From contig JAWQFM010000007.1 in NCBI GenBank assembly GCA_033442325.1, forward strand, positions 1,458,351 through 1,522,350: DNA of 64,000 nt, in the 5' to 3' direction. The translations under genes were made by a program, and so were the position numbers. Origin of the DNA: Salpingoeca rosetta. Its lineage: Eukaryota > Protista > Choanoflagellata. Numbering within the stretch: the first letter of the stretch is position 1; the number at the start of each line of letters is the position of its first letter. The notes beneath the pieces are model-generated. The model saw only the letters and a program-made list of their open reading frames with translations, had not been told where the DNA came from and did no database searches. Below, piece after piece: positions 13,233 to 41,251 of this stretch.

Positions 13233-13870
13233 CACACAAGGGTACATTACTCAACATTTGCACAATTGATAGCAGGACCAGCCTCTTAGGTTTATTTGCT
13301 CCCGCAACCCCAGTTTGGAAATTTTGGGATGCCTTGTTACACCTAAGGGGGGCCGATATTACACATTAGTCTCGGCGAAATGGAAACTCATCCTGCTCCC
13401 CGAGAGTGTTGGGCGGCTCGTATAACGTTTAAGCGGTCCGCTATATCGGGAGTAGTCAGAAGAGTGATACCCCGACCCTTTACGAACCATGAGGGCCTAC
13501 AGGCAGTCTGAGGGCGGGAGGGTAACCCAGGCAAGAGCCCACAGTCCCTCACTTCTATCCCTGCAACGGGAGTAATCCAAGAGCTTCAGGCTCTACTCAC
13601 TATTAAGCCGCATTCGTGGCATCGGCTGTTTGTTCTTTCACACACACACGGCGTTGTGAGCGAGTTGCGGTCTTGCCACCATCATGACGCCTGTTCTTCG
13701 CTTCCTCTTCTGCCCACCAGCAGCGTGAGCGTGACCTCTCTCATCTCACCTGCGTAGGTGATGATGGTCTCTGCCGCTGTCTGGAACGCTGCATGCGTGT
13801 GCGCTTTCAGCAGCTTGGTCACCGCCAGCGCAGCGCTTGGCCTTGCCGGTGATGTGTTTGTTGACGACAT
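9647..13870 (-). CDS. NGLY1: Peptide:N-glycanase (PNGase) with N-terminal PUB domain
   Basis: PUB: [38 protein letters not shown]. Core: [13 protein letters not shown], Zn ligands CEYC and [29 protein letters not shown] (catalytic C), [10 protein letters not shown] (H), WLHCDPCE (D), [29 protein letters not shown]. Confidence 0.96.
13239..13640 (+). ncRNA. Candidate structured RNA or non-autonomous mobile element in PNGase intron 1 (unclassified)
   Basis: Microsatellite-free, compositionally distinct block between CA tracts, with many complementary helices whose G-U wobbles mostly favour the + strand. Confidence 0.45.
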
Positions 13871-14159
13871 GGTTGGCGGTGTCGTTGTTGTTGTGGTTGG
13901 TGCTGTTGTTGAATGCTGGGTTCTTGTTGTGTCTGTGTGTTTATTGGGGAAAACTCGCTGAAATCTTACACTGCTCCCAGCGCTCAAAGATGGGGAAGGC
14001 AATTGCGGCAAAACGTTCTTGTTTGTTTCTTCCTCTCTTCCTCCTCTCTCTTCTTCGTCTTCTTATTGCTTGCTTGTTGTTAGCCTGCTCTACTTTTGTT
14101 GAATGACACAGAACGTCCATACACACACGCACACGCGTATGCACACGCAGCCACAATAG

Positions 14160-14891
14160 CTATGCACACATGCCAGAGTCTGCAATGATGACTGCTGCCG
14201 TTGGGGCGGCGTCTTGGCCGTCCTGCGGCGCCGTCGCCTCAATCTTGTCCAGAACATCCATGCCCTCCACCACCTGGCCAAACGCAACATGCTTGCCGTC
14301 AAGGGCAGGGGCCGGTGCAAACGTCAGGAAGAACTGGGACGTGTTTGTGTTCTTGCCGCTGTTGGCCATGCTGACAATGCCGCGCTTGTCGTGCTTGAGC
14401 TTCAGGCCGGGCTTCTCGTCGTTGAACTTGCCGTTGTAGATGGAGTCGCCGCCGCTGCCGTCCCCGCGCACAATGTCGCCGCCCTGCACCATAAAGCCTT
14501 TCTTGATGCGGTGAAATCGGCTGCCCTTGAAGTGCAGTGGCTTCTTGCTTGCCTTGCCAGCACCCTTCTCCCCCGTGCACAGGCAGCGGAAGTTCTCTGC
14601 CGTCTTGGGCACCTTGCTCTTCCACAGCTCAATCACCAGGCGGCCCGCGCGAACATCTGGCGGTGTATCGAACCGCGCTGCCCCCTTTGCAGACCACTCC
14701 GCGTCTGCAGCGTAGATCTCCGCCAGCATCTCCTTGCCGTCTGCGTCCAGGTCCTCAATCGCTGCGCCGGTGCCATACATTGCGCCTTTTGCCCTGACAA
14801 ACTCGCGCGCCCGCTCGTATGCCTCCAACCATGCGTCCACCCCATCCGGGCGGATCTCAATGTCCAGGTACACTTTTGGTGCGCTGCCCAT
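14160..14891 (-). CDS. Cyclophilin-type peptidyl-prolyl isomerase, single exon, with N-terminal insertion
   Basis: KVYLDI...GRLVIEL...[16 protein letters not shown]...[14 protein letters not shown]...[15 protein letters not shown]...[17 protein letters not shown]. Confidence 0.95.
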   Translation of the reverse strand: MGSAPKVYLDIEIRPDGVDAWLEAYERAREFVRAKGAMYGTGAAIEDLDADGKEMLAEIYAADAEWSAKGAARFDTPPDVRAGRLVIELWKSKVPKTAENFRCLCTGEKGAGKASKKPLHFKGSRFHRIKKGFMVQGGDIVRGDGSGGDSIYNGKFNDEKPGLKLKHDKRGIVSMANSGKNTNTSQFFLTFAPAPALDGKHVAFGQVVEGMDVLDKIEATAPQDGQDAAPTAAVIIADSGMCA

Positions 14892-16251
14892 TGTCCCCAA
14901 CACGTGCCGCTTGTGTGCGTGTGTATGTACGTGTGTGTACGCGTGTGTACGCGTGTGTACGCGTGTGTGTACGTGTACGTGCGTGTACGTGTGTGTGTGT
15001 ACGTGCGCAAGGGAAGGATGTGCAGTGGCTGACGTACAAAGAGCGACGCACAAGAGACAGCAGACAAAGCCAGCCAGCAAGCCCAAGTCGTGTGCGGTGG
15101 GAGGTGGGTTGGCGAAAATTCATTAATACCTTCAACCAATTTTCACAACTGGCGCGCAAGCCACACCACTGATCACAGCGGGAACGTGCCCACGCCCCGC
15201 ACCACACACCAAGCACTCCTCCTGTCCTATTCTTCGGCAAAGTGAGTGCAGCCACAGCAGCCACAGCCGCCTCGCAGCTTCCAATCAAACCAGAAGAAGG
15301 TGTTCGTGTCTTGTTGCCTGCTGTCCCTTGGGGGGGGGGGTCACCTTCGCTGCACACCCGGTCAATCGTTGGCCTGTGCGCGGTTATTTTTGTGGTACGT
15401 TCCCACTGCTCTTGCTTGCTGATCGTGTGGTGATTTGGTGTGATGTGCTGGGCCAACACTGCAGTCCGTGTGAGCGAGGGATGTGGTGGTTCTGTTGCCC
15501 GTTTTGGTGTTGCACACACACGTACACATACCACACACCGCACAAGTATCCGAGTAGTTGCTTGTTCTTTCTTGCTGTTCTGCATGTGCTGTGAGACAGC
15601 CACGCGTAACAATTTGAAGGAATAAGAGGGGAGGGGAGGGGGCACAGCTGCGTGCGTCATTGATCTGGTGTCCGTCTCCACTCTATTATTTACCTCATAA
15701 TTCAACCCCCAAAAGAAACGAGCAACAGGGGTGCCGTGCAAATGGTGTGCATTCCTGCCGCTTGCCTTCAGGCCACCCTAGCCTGTATTCCTTCTTCTCT
15801 CCTTGCTTATCTCTTCGCCTCAAACACCACCACCACCACCGCCACCACAACAACAACAACAACCACCACCACGAACACCACGAACACCACCGCAACTGCC
15901 AGAGAGCCTGCTCACGCCCAGTCGCCGCGTCAGCCGTTGCTTTCCTCGCCGTCTCCATCACCGCGCCTGCCACCGCCACCGCAGACTGAGCAGCCGCGCC
16001 GCCAGCCTGACCCGACACCTGACCTCGTCCGCTTGCAATCGCCTGCCCACACATTTCCGTCCACAGTTGCGACACCAGCTGACACCAACACCACCACCAG
16101 CTGTCGTGGCAGTTTCTGGGACAGCAGCACCAGCAGCGCGTGGGACAGCACCAGCAGCAGCAACGGTTGGGACAGCAGCTGCGATAGCTCATACGACAGC
16201 CGTCACCACTACGGCAGCAGCTGCAGTAGCGCCTGCTGTGCCATCCCTGTC

Positions 16252-23143
<6,892 letters not shown>

Positions 23144-23564
23144 CACTCGAAGCACTCAGTGCGTATGTTACATCACCAGTGTTGCCTGTGCTCGTCTGCC
23201 CGACCATGGGCCACCACCGCGCCTTGCCTTTCCTGTCCATACATCTTGCATGTTTGTTTGTTTGTTTGTTTGACGGACCACTCTTGTGTGATGGGATGGT
23301 GCGGGACATCAAGCGAGCAAGCTGTGTCACAGCTGTTTAAACACCACTTTGCTCACCAGTGTCTGCGCTCTCCCATGTGCTTGCTTCTCTGCTCGCCGTC
23401 TTGCTCTTGCTGTCCTGCCTGCTGTTTCTATGTTTCGCACCAAATTTGTGTTACAGTGCGCAGTAAAATAGCAAAGCGAAGCTATCCACCACCGTATCCA
23501 AGCACACCAGAAGAAGCAGAGCGGATACAGCTGCCGCGTTTGAGTGAGTGAACAAACTGCGGCG

Positions 23565-23968
23565 ATGTCGTCGGTGTCATCTTCGCACCTGCGCCAGCCA
23601 CCGCAGCCTCCACCCCCGTCATCATCATCGAGAGGTGCTGGCGCGTCGTACAGGCGCAGGAGAGGGAAGGTCGCTGGCAAGTCTGCCGCAAAACAGAAAC
23701 AACAACAGCAACAGCAACAACAACAACAACAACAACAGCAACAACAGCAGCAGCAGCAGGAGCAGGAGCATGGCACAATCAAGTTTCCAGAGAAGTTGAA
23801 GGGGCAAGCCGGCATCAATGCGGTGCTCAACCAGCATATGACACATCTGCACGCAGATCACGCCGTATGTCCTCTCTCAGAACGCTTCAGATCATCAAGG
23901 AAACAGCGGTGTGTATGCGTGCGCGTGTGTGTGTGAATGTGCGGGTGTGAATGTGTGAGCGTGTGCAC

Positions 23969-23999
<31 letters not shown>

Positions 24000-24351
24000 T
24001 GCTTGCGCGCTTTTGAGTGTTGTGAACCCATCGTTCCACCCACTTGCACTCAAGCTCATTGGTGACAATGCGGCAACTCTCCCCGCCACACACGCACACA
24101 CACACATATGCGCAGGGAGGTCGAGTTCTTGCAGGCGCTCAAGGCATTGCGGAGCAAAGGCCCGGGTATTGGCAGCGATCATCTCTCCCACGATGACCGA
24201 CGTCACATCTTGGCAAACCGCCGTGCGCAGGAGCAGGTACATCCTCTCTTTCATTCTGTGGGGCATACTTTGGGAGGAGGGGAATGGGATGTTTCGTTGC
24301 TGCCGTTTCCACCCACCTTACCCGCCACGACTGAGCATCAACAGTACGACA

Positions 24352-24399
<48 letters not shown>

Positions 24400-24638
24400 A
24401 CTCTCTCTCTCCTGCACACAACGTGCCGCTGTCTCTCAACACATGTACCTTATCTCCTGTCCTTGCCCTTTATTCTGTCTGCACACAGGAGTACCAGACG
24501 CTATTGGAGACGAGCGAGGCTGCCGTGCAAGAAGCCATGCAACGCTCCACGACACAGCTTGATGCTCGGCCCGTTCGAGTCGTCCGCTTCCTCAACGAAG
24601 ACGGTGTGTTCTTGCTACTCGTGTCAGCACACCTTACT

Positions 24639-24673
<35 letters not shown>

Positions 24674-26582
24674 ACACACACACCGCGCGCGTTGGCTTGC
24701 CCTCATACGCACATTTGCGCACACACCATCTGCAGTTCACGAAGGGCTGCTTGACAAGCTGACGTTCATACAAAAGCCGGCCGAGGATCTGCTGCGGCGA
24801 CTGCAGGCGCACGCGCGCTTTCAGCAGGCAGCACGACAGGTTGTTGTCCGCATTCGCGCGGGAAAACGGCTCGCTCACTTCCAGCAATATGGCCGGCAGG
24901 AGGCGCAGCGCACGCTGGAGCGGCAGCGGCGCATGCAGCGGCACAGGGCCCGCGCGCTGGCTGAAGCATTTGTTGATCCGCAAACGCTGGACGCTGATGA
25001 ACTGGGCCGTGACGATGCGCTCGCACTCGATGATGACGACAGCGAGGATGACGATGACGACGGTACCGGCGATAATGACAGCCGTGCGCGTGCGCGTGGA
25101 GATGAGGCCGACCAGTATGCTGCACCCGCTGAACACGTGGGGCCAGCCAGTGAAATGTATGGCAGTGGTGATCTGGCAGCAGGTGCCGGCCAGGGGAGGA
25201 GCCGACGCACGACAGCAGCAGCAACAGCAGCAACAGCAGCGGCGGCGGCAGCGTCACGTTCGTTAGATGGGCCTGCATCCCTCAGTGCCGGCATTGCACC
25301 CATTGTGTTTTCGACAGCGCCTGTGAGCGACTTTCCTCCGCGCAAGCGCGACTCTGCAATCACGATACACGGCCCACGCCAGCGGACAGCAGCTGGCGTT
25401 GGTGACGGCAGCGGGATGGGGGTGAGCCCCTCTACCTCCTCCACATCCACGTCATCATCAGCAACAGCAGCAACAGGGGCACCGGGAACAGCAGCAACAG
25501 CAGGCGGACCAGCATCGGCTGCAGCAACCAAACCAACAGCAGGAGCAGCAGGAACAGGTGTGGCGGGCGTGACGGGCAGCATCGCACCGGGCACAATCAC
25601 TGCTGCGGAGTCGCCGGCATCGTGGTCGTCGCTTGCACTGGAGGTCCCGCTGGAGAGCGCGCGTCTTGGCTACGACGTGCATCTGCGGCATGCGCGGCTG
25701 GTGCGCGGGTGCCAGCCCGTGTGGGACGAGTCTGACGTGCAGCTGCACATGCTGCTGCTCTCCGACAGCGACGAGGAGGAGGAGGAGGAGAACGGTGCCG
25801 AGGCTGATGGCGATGGTGATGGGAATGATGATAACGAAGATGGCACCGTGGAAGCTGTTGGCAGCACGGGTGCACGCGGCGGCGGCGGTCGGCGAGGTGC
25901 TGCCGATGATGCGAAGGCGGCCGGCAGGGGAGCGCGCACGGGGGCGTCGGCGTCGTCGTCGTCGCCTCCGCCACTGAAGAAGAGCGCACGATCAACGCCA
26001 GCACGCAACGCCAGCAGCAGCAGCAGCAGCGGCAGCAAGAGCACCATCGGCGCCAGCAGCAGTAAAACCGAGTCTGCAGCATCTGCAGCGAATGGCCGCA
26101 AGGGCGGCGTTGGCGTTGGTGGCGTTGGTGGCGTTGGTGGCGGTGCCGTGCGCGGGAACCAGGCTGCGCCAAGCCCGCTGGCCCACGTGACTGGTGGTGA
26201 CGGCGGTGGTGATGGCGGTAGCGGTGAGCGGAAGGACAGCACGGGGAGCAGCGGCTCGCGGCGGCGGCTGAGGCGCAAGGTGACGCCGATGGAAGGGCCG
26301 TCAGTGCGGTCCACACCAGTTGCGGCCGGGCGGGAGAAGGCCAGTGCACTCATGTCGTCTGCCATGCTGGAAGAGGATGAAGAAGAAGAAGAAGAAGAGG
26401 AAGAGGAGGAAGAGAGTGGAGCAGAAGATGTGCAGGGGAGAGGGGAGGCTGGTGCAGAAGGGAAGGGCGTGGCTGCGCAGGCGCCGGTCCCACCTCGCCC
26501 AGCGAATGTGGTGCTGGCCGTGCACGACGAGGACGAGGACGCGGACGACGGCGACGACGCAGGCAAGGAATCCACGGCCTGA
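23565..26582 (+). CDS. CFAP221: CFAP221/PCDP1-like ciliary central-pair protein, apparently without N-terminal ASH domains
   Basis: IKFPEKLKGQAGINAVLNQ, GIGSDHLS, MQRSTTQ...RVVR and AHARFQQAARQVVVRIR match, in order, remembered human motifs LRFPVDLSNPFAVATVLNQ, HLGKDPMS, FQRLKTE...RVVR and AQKRFQQVARKVMIQGR. A long low-complexity tail follows. Confidence 0.72.
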
Positions 26583-26928
26583 GCTGTATGCTGTGTTGTA
26601 TCGTGATGTCATCCCTGTTGTTGGGTGAGCGCGGGGTGGGGAAGGGGGTGAGGGAGGGAGCACAAGCGCAAGCAAGTAAGCGAGCGAGCGAGCGAACTAA
26701 CGAGTGACATGATGTGATGTGACATGAATGAAGGAAGTGCACTCATGATGACCACGCCACACACGCGCCAATGGCATGATTTGATGAACAACAATAAACA
26801 AAGCAAAGCTCCAACACCAAAACAAGTGGAACAAGAAAGTCGCGCAAGTGCTGCAGCGCGCCAAAACCCACCACCAAAACCCACCACCAAAACCCACCAC
26901 CACCAACAACACGACACGAACAACAACC

Positions 26929-29078
<2,150 letters not shown>

Positions 29079-29120
29079 CACCCACGCACGTATTCGTATG
29101 TGTTTGTATGTATGTATGTA

Positions 29121-29157
<37 letters not shown>

Positions 29158-29770
29158 TTGAGTGCGTGTGTGTGTTTGTGTGTGTGTCTTTGAGTGTGTG
29201 TGTGTCTGTCAGCATCTATTGTTACGTACATGTTTGTGCAATGTGTGTGTGCACGTTCTGTACGTTGTGCGTTTTGTATGAGCTGGCATTCTTCCAGCCC
29301 GCAGCCTTTAGCGTGTTTTCTTATGGAGTTAGGGGTCTTGTCCATAGCCGCCATAGTAGCTGGCGTCGTACATAATATGAAGGCACAACCTCAAGCGGGA
29401 TGTTTGAAGAGAGAGAAGGCGCAGTCAACAAACAACGCAGGAACCCAAGGTTCCTGCAGTCGCAATCTATGTTTCGCACGGGAACCACTCGTGTTTGGTG
29501 CGCATTAGACACCCGGTGGATACACGCAATACAACAGCAAGAGGAGAGGTTTGTTTGTGTTTGGCAGTGGTGTTGTGTGAGTGGGAGTGTTGCGGGATGG
29601 GTGAAGCCGGTGTTAGGCTGTGGCCGGCATGACTACTGCTGGTGTGTGTTGTGCCCCTGCGCCAACGCTGCGCACGCCCACACACTTTGGACATGTCATT
29701 CTATTGGTGAAGACACACACCCACACACATACACACAGACACACAGACACATACACACACAGACACACAG

Positions 29771-29832
<62 letters not shown>

Positions 29833-29860
29833 ACAGCCGCTGAATCTCAAACAGGAAAGA

Positions 29861-30082
29861 ATGCCGCCCAAGAGGGATTTGACTGCCGCACGCCTGCGCC
29901 GCATGGGTGCAGACGCTGCCAACATTGACACACTCAAGGCCGACAAGGCGCATGCAGAGCGGCTGGCTTCGCTTGCAGCCTCTGCGAGCTCACGCAGTGC
30001 CGCCCCTCTCCCACCAGGCAAGGGCGGTGAGGCGCCCAAGCCCGCCGCACCTGCTGCAGGTAATTCGTGTGTGTGTGTGTGT

Positions 30083-30165
<83 letters not shown>

Positions 30166-31683
30166 CGTGCGTGTTTGTTGCGGTTGCATGCTTGCTCACC
30201 AATCGCTCAGATAGTCACTTCTGCTGTCGTTGCTGCGTGCTGTATCGATGGTTGCTGTTTGTGCAGCGCCAGCCAAGGTTGAGAAGTTCCGTGCCATGGA
30301 TGACTTCAAGAGTGACGAGATTGACATGCAGAAGGGCGCCACAGTCTTTGTTGTCGGTAGCCCCGACGCAAACAACCAAGTCCAGGTGTGTGTGTGTATG
30401 AGTGTGTGTGTGTGTGTGCGTATCCGTGTGCGTATCCGTGTGCGTATGTGTGTGTGTATGCGTGTGCGTGTACATGGGTGAGGTGTGTGTCTATGCGTGC
30501 GTACGATTAATGGGGGTCGAATGCCAGTAATGCCAGGCTTTGTCGCTTTACTCTCATTCTTTTGAGCGTTGCATTGGATAGGCGGTCGTTGGCGGCAAGG
30601 CCGGCAAGGTTCCCTTTGACAAGCTGCGCAAGATTACACCCGAACTGCTCGAAGGTGCGCCTTGTGTATGCACATGCACATGCACATGTGTGAGTGCATT
30701 TGTGTCCTCGCGTGTGTCTGTGTGTGCATATGTGCGTATGTGTGTGTGTGCATATGTGCGTATGTGCGCGAGTGCTGCACTTTTGTATGCGCGCCTGCTG
30801 CTGCGTTGCATACATGCATGCACACATGTGCACTGTGAGCTGTCGCAGCACGTTTTTGCCTTCCCTTTGGCTTGGCTGACATGCGTGCGCGTGGCGCGTG
30901 GCGTGTGGGTGTCGTTCTATTCAGAGGAACGCAAGCAGCGGGAGAAGGAGATTGAAGAGGCGTACCGCCAAGAAGAGGAGCAGCTCAAGCAAGAGATGGA
31001 GCGCATGAAACTCGAGAACCAGGCCAAGTCCAGCCAAGGCGTACGTGCTTGTACTGGTTTTGCATGTCTTATGCAGCATTGCGCGTGGCGTGTGTTGCGT
31101 GCGTGCGTGTGTGTGTTTGTTGTGTGTTGTGTGTGTGTTGTGTGGTGTGGTGTGTGTGTGTATGATGCCCTTGTCAACCCGCACCCTGCCTACCACCCCC
31201 CCTCTCCCCATCTCCTCTTCTCCGCACTCACCCCTCACCCCCACCGCCACTGTGCAGACGTCTGAGGCAACTGGCGGGGCCACGTCTGAGGAAGTGACGA
31301 AATACGAGAAGGAGATTGATGAGAAGTTCGAGAGCGAGGTGCGATTCACCGCGTGGCATGGCGTGACACGCGCTGCTGCCGTTTGCTGTGGGTACTTTTG
31401 GCTGGTGGTGCTGTTGTCTGGTGGTGTTGGTGGCGCTGGTGGTACCCCTTGTTGTGGCCTCCGCCGCAATGTTTGCTTGCTTGCTTGCTCGTTGTAGCTG
31501 TTCCGTGTAGTGCGACACGCTCATCTGAACCACCACCACCCCAACGGCCTGCTGTTTCGTCCTCGAAACCCTTGCCTGCTACCCACGCACCAGCGGCAAG
31601 CGCTGCTGGAGGAGGAGAAGCGGCTGAAGGAGGAGGCGGCCCGCCTCGAGGAGATGATGCGCGCACTCGACGAGGACGACTAG
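29861..31683 (+). CDS. Small protein with degenerate SH3-like domain and C-terminal coiled coil
   Basis: FRAMDDFKSDEIDMQKGATVFVV...QVQ/AVVGGKAGKVP has SH3 spacing but lacks the Trp; E/K/R-rich heptads run to ...RALDEDD*. Confidence 0.7.
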
Positions 31684-31780
31684 ACGCCGCAACCACACCA
31701 CACACACACACACACACACACACACCCACACACACACCCACACACACACACCCACACACACCCACACACACCCACACACA

Positions 31781-31861
<81 letters not shown>

Positions 31862-32020
31862 TCAAGCAGCAGCAGAGAAACGTCGGCTAGAGCGAGCCTG
31901 AGAAGCAAACTGCACACGCCAACGGTGGTGCACGCACAATCCTGACACATCACCCACACACCCACACACCAACACAGCAGCGTGCGACAAGAGCAGCTGC
32001 CTCCGCTGTCGCTGCTCGTG

Positions 32021-32203
32021 TCAGGGCTGGTGATGCAGGGCCTTGTTGAACTCTTCAACGAGGTGCTGTGTCAGGGCGGCAATCTGCTCGTCGGTCAGGT
32101 GGTGCTGCAGCCCAAAGTCCTGCACAACCGTCTCCAGCTCATCCCCTTCACGCACCACAAGCACCTCCTGCATATGGTGTGTGTGTGTGCATGTGTTTGT
32201 GTG

Positions 32204-32261
<58 letters not shown>

Positions 32262-33876
32262 AATGTGCGTGCGTGCGTGAATGTGTTCATCTTTCTGTCC
32301 AAAGCGTCATCATCAGAGCGAGGCCATCAATTAACAACATCCCCACCGCCGTCATAGCGCGTGTACGATGCACAGGTGCTGCACGCCCGATGCGGCAGTA
32401 AATATCCACTCACTGTTTCGTTGTCATCAAGCTCAACCTCCAGCTTGAAGATGGGGCGTGGGCGCGATGCTACCACCAGTATCGCCGGTGCTGTCGATAG
32501 CGGCTGTGTTTCTGTTGGCATGCGAGCAGCTGGAGACATGGCGGCGTGCTGCATGTTTGGTGACTGCCCAGCCTCCACTTGAACCGGTTGCTGCTGCTGC
32601 TGCTGCTGTTGCTGTTGTTGCATCCTGGCCTTCCCCGCCTCTGCTGTCTGCCGTTGTTGGGCAGTGGCTGTCGACGCTGTCGACGCTGATGAGGGTGATG
32701 ATGACGATGATGCTGGTGATGGTCCCTCTGGCTTTGCCCGCTTCCTCTTTTCATCGCCTCCAAGCAGCGCCCCTGCATTCATGCATCAAGCACACAGGAC
32801 ACGTGTAGGCCGGGATGTGAGCATGTCAGGCAAACAACCCGTAGTCTATGAAAGCGCGCGTGTGACCAACAAAAGAGGTGACAGCAAGGCGAGTCTCCTG
32901 GTGCAGTACGTGCTGTGTCGCACAGTGCACCAATACATCCATTCATATCCATTGCACCCCACCAAATGCTCTCGAAGCAAGCTTGCCGCTTGGTCCGTTC
33001 CTTGACAGCTCGCGCTGCATGTCCATGTTCGCAAGCGAATGGGGTTCAAACGGCCATGAGCAAGCGCGAGCACACGTGCCGAGGTGAACGCCGTGAGTTG
33101 GCAAACTGTTTGGTATGAGCACAGCTCTCGCCCACCTCTACCTCTTCTTCACCTGTCTGTGTCGTCTCAAGTCCTGGCTCGTGGGCATGTTGGCCTTGAC
33201 ACGTTGGGCAACCTGATGTGGAACGAAAACAAACAACAAGGAGTCGAAGCAAAGGAGAGCAATTAATCCCATACAGCAACAAGCCACATCTCGCGCGGAC
33301 CCACGCAGAAGCAAGACAGGCAGATAAGCAGACAAGACGGGCAAACAGACCCGACGCGTGGGTTTGCGTGGGTGGCCTATCTGCTGCTGTCTTGCTGCTT
33401 TGCTCACCCGCTCTGGTTGTTGTTCACGTTGCCATTCTTCTTCCACTCTGTTCCGGACTCGCTGCATGTATTGGATGTGTCGAATGAAGCCGCTGCTCAA
33501 ACTACACCACAGTTCAAAAGTTGTGCGGTGTGTGGATGTATGTGTGGATGTGTGTGTGGATGTGTGTGGATGTGTGCGTGGATGTGTGTGTGGATGTGTG
33601 CGTGGATGTGAGCGAGTCAAGGTGAAGAAGAGCGCTGCCACTGTGGTGTTGGTTCGTTACAAAACCCGCAAGCAAACAAGAAGGCGAACACATGTGGCGC
33701 ATCCCCAACCAACGAGCAAAGTAAAAGCAACCATGCATGCAAGAGCACACACGCACGCCAACGAAGCCTTACTCGAGCTTCTGCTTCCTGGACGCCTTGG
33801 CGGCGGCGGTGGCGGTGGCCTCATCCAACCCTCCCCCTCCACCGTTCATCTCTGTCTCCTTTGTCGCTTCCATCAT
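32021..33876 (-). CDS. UPF0561/C2orf68-like protein
   Basis: Spliced [13 protein letters not shown] (cf. remembered human RLDMNHGFVHHIR) and C-terminal [27 protein letters not shown]...[13 protein letters not shown] (cf. LFCLEYEADSGEVTSVIVYQGDD...EALKLRIQEEIAK). Internal exons uncertain. Confidence 0.7.
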
Positions 33877-34057
33877 CACAACAACAACGGCATCAACAAC
33901 GACGGCAGCAGCAGGCAGCAGCAGTGTCAGTTCGTCGCCTGTTGGTCGGTGTTGCCGTTGTTGCCACTACACATTATGGTGCTTCTGGCAGTTTCACCTG
34001 TCCGCTGCTCGATGTGAGCGACACAGCACCACAACCACACAGACAACATCCACAGCC

Positions 34058-37256
<3,199 letters not shown>

Positions 37257-37366
37257 CCTGCTCAAATACACTATTTGTCCCAATTATCTTGCAAGTCATA
37301 CAATTTGCGGGCGAGCTCACGTATCCACCGACACTTGCTGTTGAGAGGTTACAAAGTGCGCACACT

Positions 37367-37373
37367 TGGCAAC
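37367..37373 (-). promoter_or_regulatory. Possible RFX X-box half-site (GTTGCCA) upstream of DNAI2
   Basis: TGGCAAC on the + strand, about 320 bp before the DNAI2 ATG. Confidence 0.3.
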
Positions 37374-37691
37374 AGAGAAAGCGGAGCAGAGAAGCAGCAA
37401 GCAGATACGACTGTTGTTGCTGGGGCCACTCACTAACACCTAACACCGACACCAACAGCAGCCACCCAGCCCGCTGGACAAGCGACAGTTAAGGGCAAGC
37501 AACCAGCCGCCACGCTTCGCAGACAAAGTGCGACCAACGAACAAGCGGCCTGTGCGTTTGTGTGTGCGTACTTCACCCGGTCTTTTGCCGCAGTCAAGTT
37601 GAAGATCGTACGCCGCCGTGCTTTGTTTTGTTGTTGGTTGCACCACATCACCACATCGGCCGAGTCAGGGATTGAGAGATAGCTGGCAAGG

Positions 37692-41109
<3,418 letters not shown>

Positions 41110-41220
41110 ACGGCAGCACCAGCTCACGAACACGGCAGCACAGCACCAACCATGCAGCGCCAACCATGCGCGTGTCGACGTCGCAGCACTGACTGGGTCA
41201 CACGCCCTTCCTTTTCCCAG

Positions 41221-41251
<31 letters not shown>

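Noticed and set aside
13239-13640. Telomerase RNA, RNase P/MRP, SRP, hammerhead or group I/II identity for the intronic element
   Set aside because: No CUAACCCU template (nearest are UAACCCA and UAAACCUAA); P4-like halves are only ~80 nt apart; no CUGANGA core; group I/II-like motifs are out of order or too short.
15736-16251. Upstream ORF extension with WDSS repeats before the NEK ATG
   Set aside because: No in-frame ATG or recognisable domain; probably 5' UTR.
24875-26575. Long antisense ORFs over GC-rich exons
   Set aside because: Shadow frames of low-complexity coding sequence.
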